Positions 55,601-64,000 of a stretch of 64,000 nt of DNA are shown in pieces. A program made the position numbers and the translations under genes. Each line of letters starts with the position of its first letter. Position 1 is the stretch's first letter. This DNA is from Callorhinchus milii (lineage: Eukaryota). The notes beneath the pieces are model-generated. The model did not search any database. It was given only the letters and a program-made list of their open reading frames with translations, and had not been told where the DNA came from. The stretch is taken from NCBI RefSeq assembly GCF_018977255.1, contig NW_024704742.1, positions 91,514,001 to 91,578,000 of the forward strand. Direction: 5' to 3'.

Positions 55601-58600
55601 GTGCTCCTCAAGGATGAATCTTTTGAGAATATATAGACATTCTTCAGAAAGGGTAAATTAGTACTCTCTTGGCTTCCTAATCTATTATAAAGCTGCTTCT
55701 GTGTAGATTTGTACTTGGCTGAATGGTTGCTCTTTTGTTTCACAGAACTTCAGAAGCTCTTAAGAAGCCTTGTAATAAAATCATACAAGTTATGTAACAA
55801 CAACTCGCATTTATACAATACCACTCATGCAGGGTAGCGTCTCAGAGCGCTTAATGAAAGATACAAATGCAAATCTTCGGTTTCATTTGTAATGCAGTGC
55901 AATCTCAAACAATCTGCCACAATATTTGTGGGAACTCAAAAAGATTTTTTCACAGCTTTAAACTAATTCCCAAAGTATCCGTTTCTCTGACCGAGGAGTG
56001 GTTTATGCTGCCAACATAATGTGCTTGACTTCAATAAGCACATCAAACACTCGATAATGAATTTCAAGGAACAGAACTTTATCAAAGATTATTAGGTAAT
56101 GGATGATTTAAAAAACTAATGCAATATCAAAGCTAGGGGAAACAGTAAAATAAAATAGCAGATCATTGCTAGTGAAATGTAATTTGGACATTATTTTAAA
56201 ATACAAAATCCTGAAAGCGATATAAAATAATATGTAGGAGGTCAAGTAAAATGATTATATCCTGCGAGTTAAATGAGTTATCAAGTAAAATAAATACTTA
56301 TCAAAAGATTGAAGACATTCAGTCTGTACTTTGTATTCTATAATGTAATTTTTTGGTTATTTTAGTTGAAGTTAAGCACCAGTTTTGTGGCCAAAGTTGT
56401 AGTTTTAGTTATTAGGATCCTATTGTATTATAGGGATTTAAAAATGTAGCAGAAATCCCATGACTATAGCTAAACATTTCTATTTCTAAATCTAAGAATT
56501 AGTGAATTGTGGTGATATTCCAGGAGGCAGTCAGCTTGCTCCCCAATCTTGCTGAATGATACCATTGTGATACACTTAGCAAGTCTTGTAAATGGATGAC
56601 ATGCTCATTCAGAACCCATGGAAAGGGCAGACTGCTCCAGGATGTTCTGTCACTTAGACTTAGCAGACAACCACTGCAACTTGTATCTTTCATGTAAAAG
56701 AAACATCTTGAACTGCTTTACAATATAATACAAAAAATAAGTGAAGGTTTGTAGGATGTTGGATGGGGTATTTGCACCAGCATCATCCTTTGAGCAACAA
56801 TGTGACAGTAGCTAATGCATCTGAATAAAGGGTGAATGTAGAAGAGGAAATATAAGATAGAATAACTGGGATAAAATGCTATTCTTTGAAATTGCAGCAA
56901 GACCATTAGAATTCAAATGAATCTCTTGTAACCCAAATAAATGACAATCATAAAAAGAGAGGATGATTCTAAATAAAATTCTATTTAATATATAATGTTA
57001 CGTCAGGAAACTTGGCAGCAATTTCTCACCACCAACAATTGCATGAGTCAAATTAATTCGAAATTTGGTTGAGAGAATTCGGATTGGGAAGTTGTATATT
57101 TTTAAAATTCAAACAAAATTCAAATCTTATAGTATACACTATTTCCTTTTCCATTACTTCACAGAATCATAGAAATATACAACACAGAAGACCATTCGGC
57201 CCATCGTGTCTGTGCGGGCTCTTTGAAAAGAGCTATCCAAATCAATCCCACTGCCTCGCTCTTTCCCCATAGCCCTGAAAACTTGTCCTCCCCAAATAAT
57301 TATCTACTTCTCTCTTAAAAGCTGTTATCGAATCGGCTTCCACCAGCCTTTCAGGCAATGCATTCCAGATCCAAACAACTCGCTGTGTAAAAACTTTTTT
57401 CCTCACCTCCCCTCTGTTTCTTTTAACAACTATTTTAAATCGGTGCTCTCAGGTTACCGACCCACCCGCCAGTGGAAGTAGTTTCTCCTTGTTCACCCTA
57501 TCGAATCCCCTCATAATTTTGAGAACTTGTATTAAGTCTCATCTTAACCTTCTCTACTCCAAGTAGAATAATCCTAGTGTCTCTAGCCTCTTCTGATAGC
57601 TGAAGTCCCTCATTCCTGGTACCATCCTGGTAAATCTCCTTTGCACCCTCTCCAATGCCTTAACATCCTTCATAAAGTGTGCAGCCCCAAACTGAACACA
57701 GTACTTTAGCTGACGCCTCACCTGTGTTTTATAAAACTTCATCATAACTTCCTGACTTTTGTATTCGAAGCCGCTATTTATAAAGCCTAGTATCCTGTAT
57801 GCTTTTTTTAACAGCTCTATCTACATGTCCTGCCACCTTCAAAGATTTATGTATATGAACCCCCGAGTCTTTCTGTTCCTTCACCCTTTTAAATTTCTAC
57901 CTTCAGCTTATATTGTCTCTCCTCATTCTTTCTCCCAAAATGCATCACGTCACATTTCTCCACATTAAACTTCATCTGCCACGAGTCTGCCCATTTTACC
58001 AGTCTATCTATGTCCATTTGCAGTCTGCTACTATCCTCCTCACTGTTTACTATTTTTCCTAGCTTAGTATCATCTGAAAACTTGAAAATTGTACTCCCTG
58101 TACCCAAGTTCAGGTCATTTATATAGATCAAAAACAGCAGCGGTCCCAATACTGATCCCTGGGGGACACCACTGTACACTTCAGTCAGAAAAAAAACTCT
58201 CTGCTTTCTATCTCCCAGCCAGTTCTGTATCCATGCTGCCACTGTCCCTTTAATACGTGGGCTTCTATTTTGCTTACAAGTCTCTTATGTGGCACTTTAT
58301 CAAACACCTTTTGAAAATCTATACAAATTACATCAACTGCACTACCTTCATCCACCCTCTCCGTTACTTCCTGAGACCTACAGGCCTTGAATAATCTGAT
58401 AGTAAATGTCATTGTACCTCTTCCATCTACTTCTCCAAATTGCCAGTACCAGTACTGGTGAATATACAATGGAAACCGTCTTAAGACGGACACATTGGGG
58501 CCGGTCGTTTTGTCAGATTTACCCAACGTCCAGGGTTAACTACTGTCTGGCTAAAGGGACTTCCACTGTACATTCTTAAATGTAGGTACTAAATCTTCTA

Positions 58601-61600
58601 ATCAATAATTTGTTAAACAGGAAAAATGCAACTCATGTAACAGTGTGTAAGGATACATTCTTTCATAACAAAGTTGTTCTGTTCATGGTGCTGCCACTTA
58701 CGCTCCAAGTTTGTCAGCTGAAACAGATATAAGTACAATATTGAGAACTGTCATACTATGTACCAACATTCACAAACAATTTCCAGTTTCCACTCTTTGT
58801 TGATAGACCAGCACAGAAAACACATTTCAGAACACAGTAATGTTACGTGTAAGAGAACAAGAGAGAAAATGAGATCCGCCTCTTTGTCAGCTTCAATTCT
58901 TTCAGTTACATAAGGTTTAGTGAGGATATTAGAATTGCTAATGATGCATAGGAACTCCACTGGGGAAGTAGGTCATATCAAAGCAAACTTTCCTCGGGTT
59001 AGTAATTGCAGTTAACGGAAGGGGCCCCTAGTTATGTGATTTAAAATTATTTTTAAGAAATCACATTTAAGAAATACTGCAAATTAAGTCTTAATCATAC
59101 ATTAAATCAATCAATCTCTGTAGTAGTTTAATTAGAGAGAAAACATTCTAATGTACAAGTCACACAATAACTTGTTCACTCAGCTAAATGAGATCCACAT
59201 TGTACATAGTGGCCAGGCTGGGTGTCGTTGTGAAAGTAATAATAATAATAATCCTTGCATTGTTTATATATCAGATCCAATTGTTTTGTAACTGTATAGA
59301 AATCAGACTGTGAACAAACATCACAAGAACAGATCTTTACAGGCGATAACAAGTGATTTTATTAATGGACTGCACAAGTGAACATGGATTTGGCAGCCTA
59401 GGTTACATGAATAATCTGAGATGGGAGTCGTTTTTTTTTCTTCAAATGGCTTACTTATTGACAATGACACACATGTGCGCAAACACACGGACACAAAATT
59501 TCCTCACTTCCACAGCCTGGCTTCCTGTTAGTTGCAATTATCTGCTAACTATAAGCTGCAGTGTGAAGATTATGAAACAACTGAACTAACAATGGCTACC
59601 CTACATAATTCAGGACACCAGCAGGAAATTTAAGTGTTTATCATGTTGATGTTTATTTCCTAGAAGATAGTGCCGCAATTTCATAAACATGGGAGAATTT
59701 TGTAACAAATGATCCAGTGCATTCCTGCCAAATGGAGAAAGTTAAAACTGGCAACTGTGGCTAACAACACTGAACAGCTTACATAAAAGGCAGAATTATT
59801 TTCAATTGAATTCTGTTTACAACACCACCACAAGTGACAAGTGAACAATTTTCTATTTAGTTTAAAATCTATTGGAGCTTATTGGAGAAAATATGATGTT
59901 TTGGGGAAATGGTTTCTATATTAGTTATGAATGTTATTGGGTCACAATGCTCACTTGTTTATGGGAACCTCTATATCATCTAAGGACTAAGTACCCTTTA
60001 GATGTTGTTTCCAGCAGTTTCTAAACAACAAACTGAATGAGAATTTGAGAAAAAGGAAGTTTATGCATTTAGCATTATTGACACTAACAGTTACAAATTG
60101 GCAAGACACACATACACCTCTTTTTCACCAAAGAGTATGTATACTTTGTTAATTTAAATGGCAGAATTTAATAACAGATAATTTTTTTAAAAAAGTTACC
60201 GGGAATGCAAGTTCACTGACAAACATTTGGAACTAAAAAAAAATTTCCCAAAGGAACTTGACAAGCTCCTGAAAATTAAAAGGATTTAAGGTTATTCGAT
60301 ATTGTGGGAATCATTAGGGAAGTTGGATGTGAAAGCTAGATGGATTAAATGTTTACTCCTGTCTGAAAGTCTATGTTACTACAATAGAACCCAATTAAAA
60401 ATACTTCATTATAATCTGGTTTGCTTATGTGAACCTTGACATATTCCCAAAAATTCAAAATGCAAGAGTCAGGTCCATTACAACACGACTCCTAAGTATA
60501 TTTCTTTGTGTATAGATGAATTGTAAGCACCTTCTCTAACCGAGATTGTTCCCTGCAAACCAAGGTGTGTACAATTCTGGCATAGTTAAGAGTGCTCCTC
60601 TTACCTGTGCATGAGTCTCATTTTCTTGCAGTTGTACCTTCAAAGCCTCATACTGTTTTGATAGCTGCTGCATAACTTTCCTGAAGGTGTCTCTACGTTT
60701 CGTCAGTGTGACCCTCTCTTCCTGCAGTTTCTAAACAACAAATGGAATGAGAATTTGAGAAAAAGAAAGTTTATGCATTCGGCATTACTGGCACATCAAG
60801 GCATGGACACTGATAGATAAAAAATTGCAAGGTATACACCAAAGGGTATATGGGCTATGCTATTTATATACTTCATTACCTTACAGTTACCTTATTTTTA
60901 TAAAAGGAGGATTGAGAGAGAAGTCCAATAATGTGTTGGTGGACCAATATGGCAGAACATAGGCTCTCCCATAGGTCTCACCTTGACTGCACCTATCTCA
61001 TAACGTAGAACAACAATTTACATTTATATAGTTGCTTTCACATTGGGAGGTGAAAGTGCTTCACACAGCTGACTGGGAGTCTGAGCTGGGGAAAGAAAGG
61101 AACTGTTGAGAAGGGAGGTGAAAGTGACTGAAAGCATGGTTGATAAGATAAATTTTAAGGCAGGTTGTGAAGTCAGGAAGCTAAGGCAAAGAGACTCCAG
61201 GACGGAGTTCCAGACAAAATTGAGAGCTTGAGAGTGTGTATGAGACCTTCCATGCTGAATATGCTTGAGGGAAATTTTCTCCTCTTGCTCACTCACCCAC
61301 CCCTTCCGCATTCTGGACTGTGGGGTATGGTGGCAAGCTACAGCATTGTGGCGTGGCGGTCTATTTCAGATTTCTGATCTGTTCAAATTGTACAGTGGCT
61401 GCTCCCAGAGATGTTCATTCAAAAAATATGCGAGGTAGAAAACAACTTATCTTATTAACGGTGAAAATAAATCTTTATTTTCTTGCTTTTCGCCAATTAA
61501 TTCTACCGCTTTTACCTTTTTTCTGTCTTCCCCGGTTGCCTTCAGTCCATCCAAGTTGCTATAGGTTTCTAGTGCATCAGTCATTTGGTCGATCTTTTCT

Positions 61601-61679
61601 TTTAAGGAATTCAGTTCAGTATTGATTTTGTTTTCCAGTTGCTCTACCTTTTGAAGGTCCTGCTGGAGTCGGTGACTTT
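52505..61679 (-). CDS. IFT74: IFT74 intraflagellar transport protein 74, last four coding exons (5' part lies outside the window)
   Basis: Four exons join in frame to the IFT74 C-terminal coiled coil: [40 protein letters not shown]. Confidence 0.95.
53729..54390 (-). mobile_element. tRNA-Ala SINE split by a second, opposite-strand copy
   Basis: 3' part at 53729-53955; head resumes at 54298-54390; TAAGGAA duplicated at the break. Confidence 0.92.
53980..54298 (+). mobile_element. tRNA-Ala SINE nested within another SINE
   Basis: Full head-to-tail copy between the TAAGGAA duplications. Confidence 0.92.
57162..58370 (-). mobile_element. CR1 LINE RT and 3' end, frameshifted
   Basis: [54 protein letters not shown]; ends in a TCTATGATTCTG-type tail. 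Confidence 0.92.
58467..58568. mobile_element. pogo/Tigger-like MITE, 102 bp
   Basis: TA|CAATGGAAAC...GACTTCCACTG|TA. Confidence 0.65.
58657..58717 (-). CDS. IFT74: IFT74 penultimate exon ([20 protein letters not shown])
   Basis: 61 nt, CAG acceptor, GTATCCTT donor. Confidence 0.95.
60605..60730 (-). CDS. IFT74: IFT74 exon ([16 protein letters not shown]...LQENETHAQ)
   Basis: Manual translation, 126 nt, TAG/GTAAGA. Confidence 0.94.
61516..61679 (-). CDS. IFT74: IFT74 exon ([18 protein letters not shown]...GEDRKK)
   Basis: 164 nt, CAG/GTAAAA; lies within ORF 61447..61788. Confidence 0.92.
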
Positions 61680-61726
61680 CTGTGTGTGCGTGGTGGGGGG
61701 AAGGAGGTTGGGAGAGAAACAAAGTG

Positions 61727-62046
61727 ATAATAATAATAATAATCCTTGCATTTGATATAGCGCTTTTCACGTCGGGAGGACGTCCCAAAGCGCTTCAAAG
61801 AACACACTGTAAAGTGAATTGACTGTATATTTGTGGGCGAACGCGGCAGCCAATTGCGCAGAGCAATGTCCCACAAACAGTCGTAGATTGAAAATGACCA
61901 ATTTATTATTGTTTTTGGTTTTGGAGGGATTATTATTAGGTGTGTGGAGTAAGGAAACTTGCCCAAGGTTTCGCCCTGCCTGGAATTGAACTCAGGTCTC
62001 TCGCTTGCAAAGCGAGTGCTCTAACCACTGAGCTACAGGACTCCAC
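61727..62046 (-). mobile_element. Young tRNA-Ala SINE, full length
   Basis: Near-identical to 15151-15483. Confidence 0.92.
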
Positions 62047-62987
62047 TTTATATCTGTGTCCCAATTCCTAATAAAATTATTTTAAAAGAAAATAAACTGG
62101 GCCATTAAACTAACAGGAGAAAGAATCCTACTTTCCTCTTCCCAGTGAGTGCCTGTCAGTGCAAATGGATGGGCCAGGATTGGAGATATATTTCTTGTTG
62201 GAAAGGAAATGCTTCCTTGCGCAAAATCTCGCAAGAGCTTCCACTGCAAGTTTACTTTAAACTTGAGATTATTAGCCACATACGCCTCCCTACACCAACC
62301 CCCACCACCCCCGTACACACACACACAGAACACCAACTATATATAATAATCCTTGCATTTGATATAGTGCTTTTCACGTCTTTTCGACATCTCAAAGTGC
62401 TTCATAGAATAGACAGAAAAGTGAATTGACCGTATATTTGTGGGCAACCAATTAATGCAAGAGTTGTGCAGACTATATATATTTTTCACATAAGCAAAAT
62501 GAAGAATCACTGATAGGTTCAAGTGCTTGACCCCTTATCACAATACTTATGAGCCACCATTGGAACAGACTGAATATTGGGAGAAATCAGCCACTGGTTA
62601 TGGTATCTGTCATCAGAAAGTACAGATAGTACAAATGTTGACTATAAATGACCAAAGTAGATAACAAATCAGCGAGAGAGTGCTTCAAAAAGAATGATCG
62701 CACATCAATGATTTAAGACCTTTTTTGAGGTGGGGAGGGAGAAAAGTAATGAAAAGTATCTCAAATGAAAAATCGTGAAATATTAACTAAAAATAAATAT
62801 CTTAAAGCACTGCAAAACGATTTCCTATGGAAGAAACAAATTAACCAAATGTTGATGGTTTGCTGGAGATTAGAATCAGAACTAATTACAGTATGTTGAT
62901 TTCTAAGAGAAAAAGGACATAACTATCCCATCAGAATCAGGCGAATTATAGGTGTCAGTAAGTGGAGACTAGTTAGTTTGAGTAATA

Positions 62988-63529
62988 CATAAACTCCTGA
63001 TAACAAGACCCTGGCTTAACTAGTCACTACCACTTAAGTAGCCATGCTGTCAACATCCTGTTCGCTTCCCATGCAAAATGTTAATAAAGGACTCTGGTTT
63101 ACTTGTCACTCCACTTAACACGTACCTAGTTACGTTCTATGAATTCTTGTAGATACTACTTTGGATAACTTGTCCTATAAAATGGTGCCTTGCATTGCAG
63201 AGGTTTCCCGCACTATCTTGTAACTGATGTGGGGCGCACACCAGAAGTTGGGCGCCCATGCTCACATGCATCACAGATGTATCTGGTCTATTGGAGGGTC
63301 CCCCACCCCTTATCCCACCCTGAGTCTGGATAGGGCTGGAGCCCACAGCACAGCCCTCCAATAGACCGCTGCGATGCATCTGAGCATGCGGGTCTACCCT
63401 CTGTTAAGTGCCCGCACCAGTCACCGGATCACCTTGTTTCCTGGCAAGACCTATACCTAACTAGTCACTTCGGATAACTAGCCGCTAAGCTCTTTCCCCT
63501 TGGAGTGACAAGGTATCAGGAGTTTACTG
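62988..63529. mobile_element. pogo/Tigger-like non-autonomous element with a long internal palindrome
   Basis: TA|CATAAACTCCTGATA...TATCAGGAGTTTACTG|TA; repeated CAAGACC..TAACTAGTCACT motif. Confidence 0.72.
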
Positions 63530-64000
63530 TACTTAATGCTTAAAACAACACCAGAGTTTGATTTTTTTTACACTTGCTTTGGTGATTGATATGTTCTGTT
63601 CAAATAACTAGTTTTGGCTCTTACTTTTCAAAACAAGTAAGATCTTAAATTGGCAGCAGTGGCTCAACATTTCAGCCTTACTGTTCCAAAATGCTTCACC
63701 ATATAGTGAAAAGAAGGTTCACACTCAAGATCCATTACACAATGAGCACAGTGAGGTCTTGACAACAGCTGCATTGTGTGGAGAGGCACTGAGTACAGAC
63801 TCGGCACTTTTCCACAGGGAGGGAGACTACAACACAAAAAGGAGGAAGGGGTGGTGAATTTTTATGTAAGGGCCAAAGAGAAGGAAGGAAACTGAAAATG
63901 GACACATTTTATACAGAAAACGCAGTTTTTTTTATTAGCGGAGCACTATGAATAATTGTTGCCAGACTTTATAAAACCATATTTATTTATTTCTGATAAA

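Larger units (their letters stand above)
52621..58656 (-). other. U12-type GT-AG intron (last intron of IFT74)
   Basis: 5' splice site GTATCCTT (58649-58656); branch site TTTCCTTAAC (52633-52642) 12 nt from the exon; no polypyrimidine tract. Confidence 0.93.

Noticed and set aside
57554..58526. Functional reverse transcriptase gene
   Set aside because: 5'-truncated, frameshifted CR1 with the catalytic motif altered to FSDD.
62988..63529. DIRS, retrozyme or OMEGA-type element
   Set aside because: TA flanks and CAGTAAAC-type inverted ends fit a pogo/Tigger MITE; I found no ribozyme core or coding remnant.
62047..64000. Further IFT74 exon or nested LRRC19
   Set aside because: I found no matching translation by eye; upstream exons probably lie beyond the window.

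Overview
Eukaryotic vertebrate genomic DNA. The repeat families suggest a cartilaginous fish, possibly a chimaera; this is inference. The minus strand carries two genes in tandem. (1) The last four coding exons of IFT74 (61679 down to the stop at 52505); its final intron is a U12-type (minor spliceosome) intron. (2) TEK/Tie2 receptor tyrosine kinase coding exons 1-20 (ATG at 43623, down to 219); the remaining exons lie beyond the left edge. I traced all 24 exons by hand: every junction is GT-AG and phases are consistent. Introns and intergenic DNA hold a young tRNA-Ala-derived SINE, older Deu-type SINEs, L2 and CR1 LINE fragments, Penelope-like remnants, TA-flanked pogo/Tigger-like MITEs and simple repeats. 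No prokaryote-type system (CRISPR, operon) is present, and I cannot claim a wholly new biological system. Best leads: a three-layer Penelope>SINE>SINE nest with a hammerhead-like motif inside the U12 intron; a duplicated IFT74 splice acceptor creating a candidate poison exon; a CpG-rich segment co-inserted with a SINE; a SINE tail-loop switch matching the L2 partner; a micro inverted triplication; an ETS/FOX:ETS cluster upstream of TEK; and inverted repeats bracketing TEK exon pairs.
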